Of a DNA stretch of 64,000 nucleotides, positions 19,164 through 28,513 are shown in pieces; the stretch's first letter is position 1, and the number at the start of each line of letters is the position of its first letter. Source of the DNA: a virus (lineage: Duplodnaviria > Caudoviricetes). Both the position numbers and the translations under genes were made by a program. Under the pieces are notes generated by a model. That model was not told where the DNA came from. It made no database searches and worked only from the letters and a program-made list of their open reading frames with translations. Location of the stretch: the IMG/VR virus record IMGVR_UViG_3300023218_000062, one strand, 5' to 3'.

Positions 19164-20906
19164 ATGGCAATTACCAAATTTTATAAAGTAGTAAGACCCC
19201 AAGGAAAAGACTCTGAAGTTTATACAAACCAAGATTTATATGGATCTGGTGGCGTGTATGGAAGAAGCTCTTGGTACAATAGGATGGTCAATGGATCCGC
19301 TTCTCGTCGTAATCAATATAGAGAATATGATTCTATGGACAATGACTCTGATATCTCTTTAGCGTTAGATTATATTGCAGAAGAGATGACAGGGAATAAT
19401 CCTAAAGAAAAAGATGCTCTTGAGGTGAAAATAACACCACAGCCAAACCAAGAGATAACGACTACTACATCAATGACTCTCAGAGCAGCATTGCAGACAT
19501 TCATAAAGGTCCAATGTTTGGAAAATAATAGATTATTTAATATATGTCGCTCCACTATAAAATACGGAGATTTATTTTTTATACGTTCTAGAAAAAATAA
19601 CGGAAAATGGATATATGCACACCCCAAAAATGTTGAGAGCGCCATTGTTTCTAAAGAAGATGTTACAAACGTTAAAGCATGGAATATAAAAACTGAGGTA
19701 GAAAGTACACCATATAGAAATTTTACTGGAGCATCTTACTCTAATCCGTATTCTAGCGAAGAATCACAAATGGCACAACCATTTTTAGCAAAAGATGTTG
19801 TTAGATTTAGTTTATTTGACGAAACTTCTGAAGAAGCACCATTCGGATTATCTATTTTGAGGCCAATATACAAACCATTTAAACAGAAAGAACTTTTAGA
19901 AGATTCAATTGTTATATACAGAATTCAGAGAGCACCTGAACGAAGAGTGTTTTATATTGATGTAGGTAGATCTCATCCACATAATGTATCTCAAATTTTA
20001 GAAAAGGTAAAAAATGATTTTAGACAGAAAAGAATTCCTACGACTCACGGGCATGGACATGGCCACCACGGGGGACATTTCAAGAATCAGGGCCAGTCGC
20101 AGGTAGATGCGGTTTATAATCCACAATCCATGCAGGAAGACTTTTTTCTGGCGGTGCGGCCTAATGCTACTGGAAGTCGCATTGAGACTCTACCGGGCGG
20201 TCAGAATTTAGGAAATTTAGATGATTTACATATATTTTTTAGAAAGATATGGAGAGGCTTGAAAATACCCGAGAGCTATATTAATACTCTTGAAGGTGAT
20301 GGTGGTTCAGGGACTTTTAATGATGGTAGAGTGGGTATTGCCCTTATGCAAGAAGTTAAGTTCAGCTTATATATTGAGAGGCTACAGTCGTTCATAGAAA
20401 AAACTTTAGATGAAGAGTTCAAACGTTTTATATATGAAAATGGAATAAATATAGATCCTACAATATATAAAATCACATTACCGTCGCCGTCTAACTTTAA
20501 GAAGAGTAGAGATCAAGAAATTGATACTGCACTTATTAATACCTATATAAATGTTAAAGACGATAATAATTTATCTAAGAGATTTGCCCTCAAGAAATAT
20601 TTGCAACTTACTGAAGAAGAAATGAATCTCAATGAAAGAATGCTTAGAGAAGAAAAGGGTCTCCCTATCAACGGTGGAAGAGAAGACATGCCTAAACTAT
20701 ATAACCCTGAAGAAGCAGAAGCTGGGGGGTTCGAAGGCGGGTTAGGTGGCGCTCCTTCAATGGGAGGAGCAGAAGGCGGCCTTGGTGGATTAGACGATGA
20801 AAACGAAGAGGGAGAAGACCTTGGTGGATTAGAGGACGAAGCCAGCCCCGAAAGGATGAAAGGCGACGAGGGCGAAGAAACTGAAACACCAGAGAACACA
20901 TCATAA
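19164..20906 (+). CDS. gp20: Portal protein
   Basis: EDSIVIYRIQRAPERRVFYIDVG, QEDFFL, IETLPGGQNLG motifs. Confidence 0.95.
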   Translation: MAITKFYKVVRPQGKDSEVYTNQDLYGSGGVYGRSSWYNRMVNGSASRRNQYREYDSMDNDSDISLALDYIAEEMTGNNPKEKDALEVKITPQPNQEITTTTSMTLRAALQTFIKVQCLENNRLFNICRSTIKYGDLFFIRSRKNNGKWIYAHPKNVESAIVSKEDVTNVKAWNIKTEVESTPYRNFTGASYSNPYSSEESQMAQPFLAKDVVRFSLFDETSEEAPFGLSILRPIYKPFKQKELLEDSIVIYRIQRAPERRVFYIDVGRSHPHNVSQILEKVKNDFRQKRIPTTHGHGHGHHGGHFKNQGQSQVDAVYNPQSMQEDFFLAVRPNATGSRIETLPGGQNLGNLDDLHIFFRKIWRGLKIPESYINTLEGDGGSGTFNDGRVGIALMQEVKFSLYIERLQSFIEKTLDEEFKRFIYENGINIDPTIYKITLPSPSNFKKSRDQEIDTALINTYINVKDDNNLSKRFALKKYLQLTEEEMNLNERMLREEKGLPINGGREDMPKLYNPEEAEAGGFEGGLGGAPSMGGAEGGLGGLDDENEEGEDLGGLEDEASPERMKGDEGEETETPENTS

Positions 20907-20985
20907 CTCAGTACTAGGATCCCCATAAGAACTTAGATGAAAACAGTTTTTTATCTTTTTTGAAAAAAATCTAAATAAATATATG

Positions 20986-20993
20986 TATAAATA
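20986..20993 (+). promoter_or_regulatory. gp55-type late promoter (representative)
   Basis: TATAAATA; same octamer upstream of genes at 22092, 25033, 30749, 47330, 59269, 59286, 61169 (+) and 6732, 11943 (-). Confidence 0.7.
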
Positions 20994-21017
20994 TTAAATT
21001 ATTACAAGGAGTTATTA

Positions 21018-21686
21018 ATGAATACAAAATCTAGAAAGTTTTTAGAACAGTTTATTAAAGAGCATGGTGCAGCACAGGGTTATAGTGAAAAGTTGGATGA
21101 ACTGTTTAGTGATTATTTAACGGAAAATTTTTCAGGTATTATTGTTGAAGATCACGAAAATAGAATGACCGCATCTGAAATGGCTAAGCATATAAAGAAG
21201 CTTTACAAAATGTGTGAAGATGAAAGCATTGAAAAGAAATTTCTTAAGCACCTAGGTAAGGCAGTAGATGTTGATAATTGCTCTGAAAAAGATATCAAAA
21301 AATGTGCCGAAAGGTTATGTAAGGAAAATGATGCAAAATGTGATGACGTTATCCACGAATTAGAAGATATGGTAGATTACGCATATGATGAACCGGATGA
21401 CGAAGACGAGGACAATAAAAAGTCAGAAAAGAAGTTAGATGAGGCTACTAAGGGTTCCATTATACGTAAGGGCAATGAAAAAATGGTGGTATTAGACAAT
21501 TTGGGTGGCGGAGATGTGAGAGCCGCCCGCATACATCATGGGAAACCATTATATCGGACTTCAACTTTAGTTAGGAGTGGATATTATGTTGATACTGGTG
21601 AAAAAATTAAAATAAATGAGCCTGTGTCTTCTAGGGAGAGAGATCCCTCTAGTGGGGGGTTTGAAGACCATTCAGTCAGCCTATGA
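21018..21686 (+). CDS. Hypothetical head-region protein
   Basis: Between portal and protease, late promoter, RBS AGGAG, LxE motifs. Confidence 0.6.
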   Translation: MNTKSRKFLEQFIKEHGAAQGYSEKLDELFSDYLTENFSGIIVEDHENRMTASEMAKHIKKLYKMCEDESIEKKFLKHLGKAVDVDNCSEKDIKKCAERLCKENDAKCDDVIHELEDMVDYAYDEPDDEDEDNKKSEKKLDEATKGSIIRKGNEKMVVLDNLGGGDVRAARIHHGKPLYRTSTLVRSGYYVDTGEKIKINEPVSSRERDPSSGGFEDHSVSL

Positions 21687-21692
21687 TTATTT

Positions 21693-21863
21693 ATGAAAAT
21701 ACAAAACGTCTTAGATACCGGCCCTAAGAAGTCTGCCATGGATTTGTGGATGGATAATTTGTATACTACAAGCGGCAAAAAGAAAAAGAAAATTCTTCCT
21801 AAACAGAAAAAAATATTTTTTGGAACTGATTATGGACCAGATGATAAGAGGTATAGGAAATAA
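21693..21863 (+). CDS. Small basic protein, 56 aa (MKIQNVLD...)
   Basis: Manual translation; its TAA overlaps the ATG of the next ORF. Confidence 0.55.
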   Translation: MKIQNVLDTGPKKSAMDLWMDNLYTTSGKKKKKILPKQKKIFFGTDYGPDDKRYRK

Positions 21864-22090
21864 TGAACAGATTATTCAGACGAAAAATATTAGAACGAAT
21901 AGATTATTTTAATTATATCAATCCAGATATATTCTATGATGATAAAAAAGATAATGATAAGAATAAAAATAAAACGTCAAAAAAAGTATCTAAGGAAAAG
22001 ACATATAGGAAGGGCAATAAGCATTTGTCAAAGAAACAGGCAAAAGATATTAGAAAGTATATGCAATATTCTAATGCTATAAGTGAATAA
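21863..22090 (+). CDS. Small Lys-rich hypothetical protein
   Basis: 75-aa ORF, translationally coupled. Confidence 0.5.
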   Translation: MNRLFRRKILERIDYFNYINPDIFYDDKKDNDKNKNKTSKKVSKEKTYRKGNKHLSKKQAKDIRKYMQYSNAISE

Positions 22091-22099
22091 TTATAAATA

Positions 22100-22849
22100 A
22101 TGTTAAATAATAAAAAAGGTAACTTGATTATGCAAAAAGAGAAATTAACAAAAGTAATTGATGGTTTAGCTGAAGGTAATGATGTTAAAAGTCTTTTGTC
22201 TTCGATAATTACTGAAAAAACTAGGAAAATTTTAGGAATTGTCACAGAAACGGATGAATCAATTCACATTAAAAACAATGATGTTTTTGTTGGTAAACAG
22301 AAAGTTGGAAGTTTTACCGTAGAAGGCGATGACATTGAATTTGTTGATAGTGAAGGGAATTCTAAGACTTTTTCTACGGATAATGAAATGATGGAATATG
22401 TAGCTGCGTTGAACGAAGGTGAAACTGCAAAAATTGCTGTACAGCGTAGAGAAGATCGTTTGAAAAAAGTACATAACCGTCCACACGATAAAGATTCTCC
22501 AATGGGAGAGTATAAGAGAACCAAATTGGCGTCATATCATAAAGATCCTAGAATGGAAAATCCTAGTAACCATGAACATGGAAAGGATGACCCGTCAAGC
22601 AAGGATCTGAATGATACTTCAAGTGGTGGATCACAGAAATCTACAGATGGTCCTACAGGAGACTATGATAAACATGAACTATCTTCTAAGCATAAGGATA
22701 GTAGAATGGAAAATCCTAAAAAAAATGAACATGGTTTGGATGACCCATCTTTTGGTGATGAGATTACTTCAGGTGGTAAAGAGGGGTCCTCACCAGATAA
22801 AGAATATGATATAAGAAAAAAACATAAAAAAAATGACCACACGGTGTAA
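22100..22849 (+). CDS. Putative prohead core/internal protein with internal duplication
   Basis: Directly upstream of gp21; two HKDxRMENP..EHG.DDPS repeats. Confidence 0.55.
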   Translation: MLNNKKGNLIMQKEKLTKVIDGLAEGNDVKSLLSSIITEKTRKILGIVTETDESIHIKNNDVFVGKQKVGSFTVEGDDIEFVDSEGNSKTFSTDNEMMEYVAALNEGETAKIAVQRREDRLKKVHNRPHDKDSPMGEYKRTKLASYHKDPRMENPSNHEHGKDDPSSKDLNDTSSGGSQKSTDGPTGDYDKHELSSKHKDSRMENPKKNEHGLDDPSFGDEITSGGKEGSSPDKEYDIRKKHKKNDHTV

Positions 22850-22857
22850 GTGATAAT

Positions 22858-23487
22858 ATGCAAACTCTTATTGAACATATCTCGCCATCCGATGCTCACA
22901 TAGTATGCGAAAATGCAAATGATTCTAAGTCCATGTGGCTTAACGGAATCTTTATGCAAGCAGATGTACAGAATAGAAATAAACGAGTATATCCAGTCTC
23001 AGAAATGACAAATGCTGTGGCCAAAGCTTCAGAAACCATTAAAGAAAATGGTGGAATTTTTGGAGAACTCGACCATCCAGCGGAGCTAACCATAAACATG
23101 GATCGAATATCACATGCCATCAAAGAAATGTATGTTGATGGAAACAATGTGTACGGTAAAGCACAATTACTAAAAACCCCCATGGGATTAATTGCAGAAG
23201 AGCTTGCACGTTCTGGAGTTCGTTATGGAATATCAAGTCGCGGTGCCGGTCAAGTGAATGAAAGTGATGGCCAAGTAAGCGGGTATATATTTGTTACTGC
23301 TGATCTTGTAGCAACCCCCTCTGCCCCCGGCGCATTTCCAAAACCCGTTTATGAAGGACTACAAAACAGCAAAGAGGGAAATAGAGTTCTGTCTCTATCA
23401 GAAAGCATGCAACACGACGAATCTGCACAAAAATATTTTCAAAAATCTATTATACAATTTGTTGAAAATGTTTTTAATAAAATGTAA
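22858..23487 (+). CDS. gp21: Prohead protease
   Basis: GIFMQADVQNRNKRVYP, GELDHP, GISSRGAG, DLVATPSAPGA. Confidence 0.95.
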   Translation: MQTLIEHISPSDAHIVCENANDSKSMWLNGIFMQADVQNRNKRVYPVSEMTNAVAKASETIKENGGIFGELDHPAELTINMDRISHAIKEMYVDGNNVYGKAQLLKTPMGLIAEELARSGVRYGISSRGAGQVNESDGQVSGYIFVTADLVATPSAPGAFPKPVYEGLQNSKEGNRVLSLSESMQHDESAQKYFQKSIIQFVENVFNKM

Positions 23488-23529
23488 ATGTTGAAAAAAC
23501 ACACCTTTCATGATATGATATCATGAAAG

Positions 23530-25041
23530 GTGTGTTCAATTATTATAATGTCTGCAGAAGAGTTATATTTTCTAACCGAAAAATACCCCCCAAGACGCAG
23601 CACATCTAATGTGCGTATAAAATATCCTAAAGAATACGAAAAACTAATAGAATTAACAAGTTTCTTACCTGATACTGCAACAACATCCCAACGCTTATGG
23701 CATGTTCGCCATGATAAATTTGAATTCCCTATATGTGAACATGAAGATTGTATTAAACCCACAAAATGGACTCCATCATATTCAGATTATGCACGCTTTT
23801 GCTCTACAAGATGCTTCAATAAAAATAAAACAAAGAATGCAGAAATTAACAAACATCGTAAAAACATAGAAAAGTACGGTGAAAACTATGAAGATTTGAC
23901 GACATTAGATAAAATGAAACTAACTAATGTTAAACGATATGGTGTGGATAACCCATTTAAAAATGTCAATAGGATACGAAAAAGAAATAATGAAAAATAT
24001 GGATGTGATTTTCATTTTCAGCAACATTTATCCGAAGACTCTTTGAGTAAATTGAATGATAAAGAATGGTTAGTTGAAATGAATCATAATCAGAAACGTA
24101 GTTGTGTAGAAATTTCAGAAAAATTAGAGGTTAATAATTCTACAGTAAATAAAGCAATGTATAGACTAGGGCTTATACCTAGTTATCTCTATTCATCAAG
24201 TTACTCTGAGAAACAATTAGCAACATATTTAAAAGATCAGCATATTACAGTAGTCGAAAATGATAGGTCTGTCATAGCCCCGTTAGAACTGGATATTATG
24301 CTACCAGATTACAATCTAGCGATAGAATATTGTGGATTGTACTGGCATAATGAACTGCACAAAGATAATAATTATCATGAAAATAAGTACAAAAAATGTA
24401 AAGAGATAGGAATTGATTTATTAACCATATATGAAGATGAATGGCATGATAAATCTGAATTAATAAAAAAGATGATAATGCATCGAATAGGAATGAATAC
24501 AGCTACTAAAATATACGCTAGAAGTTGTAAAATAGCTGAGGCGTGTTCAATGGATAAAAAAGAATTCTTTGATAATACGCACATTCAAGGAAATGGCCCA
24601 AGTTCTATTAATGCAGGATTATATCATAATGGTAGTTTAGTGGCTTGTGTGGGGCTGATAAGAACTAAAAATGAAAAAATGGTATTGAATAGATTTTCTA
24701 CAAAATATATTGTCCCCGGAGCATTTTCGAGATTGTTAAAATATATATTAAATAAGTATAAACCAAGCGAAATAATAACATTTGCGGATCTTAGATGGGG
24801 AGATGGGAAATTATATCAAGCTAATGGTTTTACATTAGATAAAAAACTAAAACCTGATTATTATTATGTTTATCAAAATAAACGATTTCATAAATTTAAT
24901 TTTAGGCATAACAAACTCAAAAAACTATTATCTTATTATGATAATGATAAAACTGAACATGAAAATTGCGTAAACAACAATATTTTCCGAATATATGATT
25001 GTGGAAAATATAGATACGTTTTAGGAAATGACTATAAATAG
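23530..25041 (+). CDS. Free-standing Hef-like homing endonuclease (Vsr-like nuclease + Mom/GNAT-like C-terminal domain); likely start ATG 23548
   Basis: ELDIMLPDYNLAIEYCGLYWH, IYEDEW, THIQG, ITFADLRWGDGKLY, IYDCG. Confidence 0.75.
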   Translation: MCSIIIMSAEELYFLTEKYPPRRSTSNVRIKYPKEYEKLIELTSFLPDTATTSQRLWHVRHDKFEFPICEHEDCIKPTKWTPSYSDYARFCSTRCFNKNKTKNAEINKHRKNIEKYGENYEDLTTLDKMKLTNVKRYGVDNPFKNVNRIRKRNNEKYGCDFHFQQHLSEDSLSKLNDKEWLVEMNHNQKRSCVEISEKLEVNNSTVNKAMYRLGLIPSYLYSSSYSEKQLATYLKDQHITVVENDRSVIAPLELDIMLPDYNLAIEYCGLYWHNELHKDNNYHENKYKKCKEIGIDLLTIYEDEWHDKSELIKKMIMHRIGMNTATKIYARSCKIAEACSMDKKEFFDNTHIQGNGPSSINAGLYHNGSLVACVGLIRTKNEKMVLNRFSTKYIVPGAFSRLLKYILNKYKPSEIITFADLRWGDGKLYQANGFTLDKKLKPDYYYVYQNKRFHKFNFRHNKLKKLLSYYDNDKTEHENCVNNNIFRIYDCGKYRYVLGNDYK

Positions 25042-25072
25042 ATCATAATAATAATAAACAGTAGTAATATTT

Positions 25073-25097
25073 GGCCCCGTTAATTGGGGCCTTTTTT
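25073..25097 (+). terminator. Intrinsic terminator
   Basis: GGCCCC-N7-GGGGCC followed by T6. Confidence 0.8.
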
Positions 25098-25152
25098 CGT
25101 CCCTAAAAATAACTTCTAAATATAAGTGCTTATACAGACGAGGTAGCATAAC

Positions 25153-25509
25153 ATGGAATATAAAGAAGAGTTTTTTGGAACGTTAATTTTGAAAGTAGTA
25201 AGGGATGATAAAAACCCAAATAAAGAGTATGTAAATTGGGTTATCGTCGATACTGAAAAGACGGTGGATAGAGAAAGAGAAATAGAAGATGGGGATTTCT
25301 TACAAGTTTTTGATGGCTCTGGCAGATTGATGTTGAATAAAATAATATATAGAGATTATGATAGTTTATATGATCATAGACATGGTATCCAATTATACAA
25401 TGGAATGCGCGTGGCTTGGTTACCCACGGGAATAGAGACTGGATTTTGGAGAAGTCTTTTTTTAGATCAAGCTAGAGCAAGATTGCTCAAAAGAGATAAC
25501 GAGGATTGA
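25153..25509 (+). CDS. Hypothetical protein
   Basis: 118-aa ORF with GAGG RBS. Confidence 0.65.
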   Translation: MEYKEEFFGTLILKVVRDDKNPNKEYVNWVIVDTEKTVDREREIEDGDFLQVFDGSGRLMLNKIIYRDYDSLYDHRHGIQLYNGMRVAWLPTGIETGFWRSLFLDQARARLLKRDNED

Positions 25510-25511
25510 TA

Positions 25512-25697
25512 GTGCCATTATTTGAATTTAAATGTAATAAGTGTAACAAGAGCATTGACAAAATAATGTCATTTGCAGAATCAGAAAAATATGTTGTTCC
25601 ATGTGAATGTGGAACAGGAGAAATGAAGAAAACGTTAGTTAACCAGTTCAATGTGAAATATAAAGGAAATTGGTTTTCAAAAAATAAGACATATTAA
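25512..25697 (+). CDS. FmdB-family zinc-ribbon protein
   Basis: MPLFEFKCNKC...CECG...FKGNW-like end; GAGGA RBS before GTG 25512. Confidence 0.75.
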   Translation: MPLFEFKCNKCNKSIDKIMSFAESEKYVVPCECGTGEMKKTLVNQFNVKYKGNWFSKNKTY

Positions 25698-25698
25698 T

Positions 25699-25725
25699 AA
25701 AAAGGGGAGAATTTCTCCCCTTTTT
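25699..25725 (+). terminator. Intrinsic terminator
   Basis: AAAGGGGAGA-att-TCTCCCCTTTTT. Confidence 0.8.
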
Positions 25726-25936
25726 ATTGCACAACTTACTGATAATATAGATTTTTTATTAGTATAGATAAACGTTATAGAAAAAAAATGAAAATATTAT
25801 ATAAAAATATAATTAAAAAAAATCCAATAAAAACAAGTACTTATAAATTAATTAAATTATTGTAAATTATTTCTTTTGATTGTAATAAATAATTTACGTA
25901 AATTTTATACTCAAAAATTAAGAGGAGAATTCAGAC

Positions 25937-26881
25937 ATGGATGAGTTGCTGCAAAAACTAGTCGAAAGTGAGCTTCTGACCGAAGATACCAAAAAACAAC
26001 TGGAAGAAACTCTATCGCGGAAGATGGAAGAAAAAGCTCAGCAAATAAGAGAAGAGGTCGAGGCTGAAGTTAAGACCGACCTCGCTGAAAAATATGCACA
26101 GGATAAAGAAGAGTTGGTTGAAGCAATGGACACCGCTCTGGAAAAAGCTCTAAATGAAGAAATAGCAGAACTTAAAGAAGATATAGAACGGTTCAGAGAT
26201 CTGGAAGCTGAGTATGCTGAGAAGTTAGTGGAAACTCGTCAGCAGATGGCCGAAAATGTAAAAAATGATATGACCAAGCTCTTAGAAGGATTGGACGCTT
26301 ATGTTGATCAAAGATTGCATGCAGAGCTTGACGAACTCAGGGAATCAATTGAAGATGTTCGTAAAGAAAATCATGGGCGTAAGATTCTAGAAACAATCGG
26401 TGAAGAATACCGAAGAATGTTTACTGAAGAAGATGACTATGAACAGAAAGTGCTGGAAAAAGAAGAGGCCTTAAACAAAGTTAACGAACAGCTTAAAGAA
26501 GCAAAAGATAGATTAAGATCAGTTGAACGTGAGCAGAAGATGGAAGATGTACTTGAAAGTTTATCTGGTCAGAAAAGAGAAGTTATGGCTGCAATTCTGC
26601 AAGGTATTCCAACAGAACGCCTTGATGAAGCGTACCGCCGTTACATTGGTAAAGTTTTAAGAGAATCTAATGAAGATAGTTCGGAGAAGGATAATTCAGT
26701 ACTTGCCGAAGGAAAAAACGAGGAAAACACGGATAGTGATGATTTTGTAGTAGCAACCGGTGATTCTAAAGTTGTTGTTGAAGATGTTGACACAATAACA
26801 GAATCGGTTGATGGCTTCCCAAATTATAAACTTGATGAGGTAACTCGTAACCGTTTGAAAATACTGAGTGGTATCAGTTAA
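25937..26881 (+). CDS. gp22: Prohead scaffolding/core protein
   Basis: Acidic coiled-coil protein immediately upstream of gp23. Confidence 0.8.
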   Translation: MDELLQKLVESELLTEDTKKQLEETLSRKMEEKAQQIREEVEAEVKTDLAEKYAQDKEELVEAMDTALEKALNEEIAELKEDIERFRDLEAEYAEKLVETRQQMAENVKNDMTKLLEGLDAYVDQRLHAELDELRESIEDVRKENHGRKILETIGEEYRRMFTEEDDYEQKVLEKEEALNKVNEQLKEAKDRLRSVEREQKMEDVLESLSGQKREVMAAILQGIPTERLDEAYRRYIGKVLRESNEDSSEKDNSVLAEGKNEENTDSDDFVVATGDSKVVVEDVDTITESVDGFPNYKLDEVTRNRLKILSGIS

Positions 26882-26939
26882 CCAATAATAGTGTGTAAAA
26901 ACATAATAGTTAATAACAATAATAAAGGAGACTATAAAA

Positions 26940-28379
26940 ATGGACGATAAACAAACACTAGTAGAAAATTGGAATGAGACCAAGGATGTCCTTCTTAGCG
27001 GGCTTAAGCCTTCACAGAAAGAAATCGTTGGGCCTCTTCTAGAAAACCAGCGCAAGCATATGTTGAATGAATCTGCTGCACAGGGTGCGGTACAATCTCA
27101 TGATGTAGCAAACTTTCGTAAAACATTGCTTCCGATGATTCGCCGTATTATTCCCGGAACAATCGGGAGTGAAATCGTAGGTCTTCAGCCTATGTCAGGA
27201 CCTGTATCACTTGTTTATACGCTGAGATACAAGTACGAAGAAGATATGACTCATAATCCTGATCGTTCACCATTTGGTGGATTTGATATCGAACCGGGGG
27301 ATGAAGCTTTTGGAAATGACAAGTTGATTCGTCAGTTCTATGCTGGACAGGTTGCAGAATCAGGTACACCATTTGAAGGTATTGATCAAACTGCAGGGGC
27401 TTCTGGTATTGCAGGGCCAAATGCTGCTGAAGCTGATATTGACGCTGATACAGCCGATGGTCAGGGTTGGCACTCTGAAGAAGACGTAACCACATATGAA
27501 ACTGGAACTACACTATTCGGTGAGCCAGTTGGTGGATCGTTGAAGGGTGGTTCTGGTAGCTTGATAGAAGGTTCAGGCGGACGTAAGATGACCCTAGAGA
27601 TCATCAACCAAGCCGTTGAAGCTCATACCCGTAAGCTACAAGCAGGTTGGACAATGGAAGCAATGCAGGACATGGATAGCCAGCATGGTATCGATGTTGA
27701 GTCAGAGCTTACCAAGGCACTATCTGCTGAAATCGTGCAGGAAATTGATGCTGAAATCATCACTGACCTTCTTTCACTAGCAGGAACAGTCAGAACATAT
27801 GATTTTAACGCAACAGGTGGTTCTAATGGTTATGCACCAGCCTTCGTTGGTGACCGTTTCGCTAACCTAGGCGTTCGTATCAACGAAGTTGCAAATGAGA
27901 TTGGCCGTAAGACACGTCGTGGAGCGGGTAACTATATCGTTGTATCACCAATGATTGTTTCTGTTCTACAGTCTGCAGCTAAAGCAGTATTCGCTCCAGC
28001 AGTTGAAGGTAGCTTCAAAGGACCCAACAACACATATCTAGCCGGTATTCTAAACGGTCAGATTAAGGTCTACAGCTACTTGTGGAACGCTGCACAGCCA
28101 ACTGATGGTGAAGTATTTAGTGCAGGTCAGGGTCTTGGAAATGATCAGGTCCTAGTTGGATACAAGGGTGGTAACGGTGAAGTAGATGCCGGTTACTGGT
28201 ATGCACCTTACATCCCACTGATGAGTACAGGCGTTGTTGTTAACCCAGTTACCTTCCAGCCTGTAATGAGTCTAATGACCCGTTACGGTAAGGTTGCTCT
28301 AACTGACACGACAACATCTCTCGGGAATTCTGCGGACTACTATGGTAAAATTAATATTACTAACCTAGCATTCATTTAA
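26940..28379 (+). CDS. gp23: Major capsid protein
   Basis: LQPMSGPVSL, RKLQAGWTMEAMQD, WYAPYIPL, MTRYG motifs. Confidence 0.97.
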   Translation: MDDKQTLVENWNETKDVLLSGLKPSQKEIVGPLLENQRKHMLNESAAQGAVQSHDVANFRKTLLPMIRRIIPGTIGSEIVGLQPMSGPVSLVYTLRYKYEEDMTHNPDRSPFGGFDIEPGDEAFGNDKLIRQFYAGQVAESGTPFEGIDQTAGASGIAGPNAAEADIDADTADGQGWHSEEDVTTYETGTTLFGEPVGGSLKGGSGSLIEGSGGRKMTLEIINQAVEAHTRKLQAGWTMEAMQDMDSQHGIDVESELTKALSAEIVQEIDAEIITDLLSLAGTVRTYDFNATGGSNGYAPAFVGDRFANLGVRINEVANEIGRKTRRGAGNYIVVSPMIVSVLQSAAKAVFAPAVEGSFKGPNNTYLAGILNGQIKVYSYLWNAAQPTDGEVFSAGQGLGNDQVLVGYKGGNGEVDAGYWYAPYIPLMSTGVVVNPVTFQPVMSLMTRYGKVALTDTTTSLGNSADYYGKINITNLAFI

Positions 28380-28404
28380 TCCGCAAAAGAGTTAAAACCC
28401 CCTG

Positions 28405-28431
28405 AAAGCCCTGCAGTTGCAGGGCTTTTTT
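28405..28431 (+). terminator. Intrinsic terminator after gp23
   Basis: AAAGCCCTGCA-gt-TGCAGGGCTTTTTT. Confidence 0.85.
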
Positions 28432-28513
28432 ATTTCTATAAAAGGAACACTGCAAACTACTTTCGTTTTCAAGTTCAAGCTATTATAATAAATATATCAA
28501 AAGGTAGTTTGTT

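Noticed and set aside
25740-25930. Very AT-rich gap upstream of gp22 as a replication origin
   Set aside because: No repeats or hairpins beyond the terminator; adequately explained as a late-promoter region
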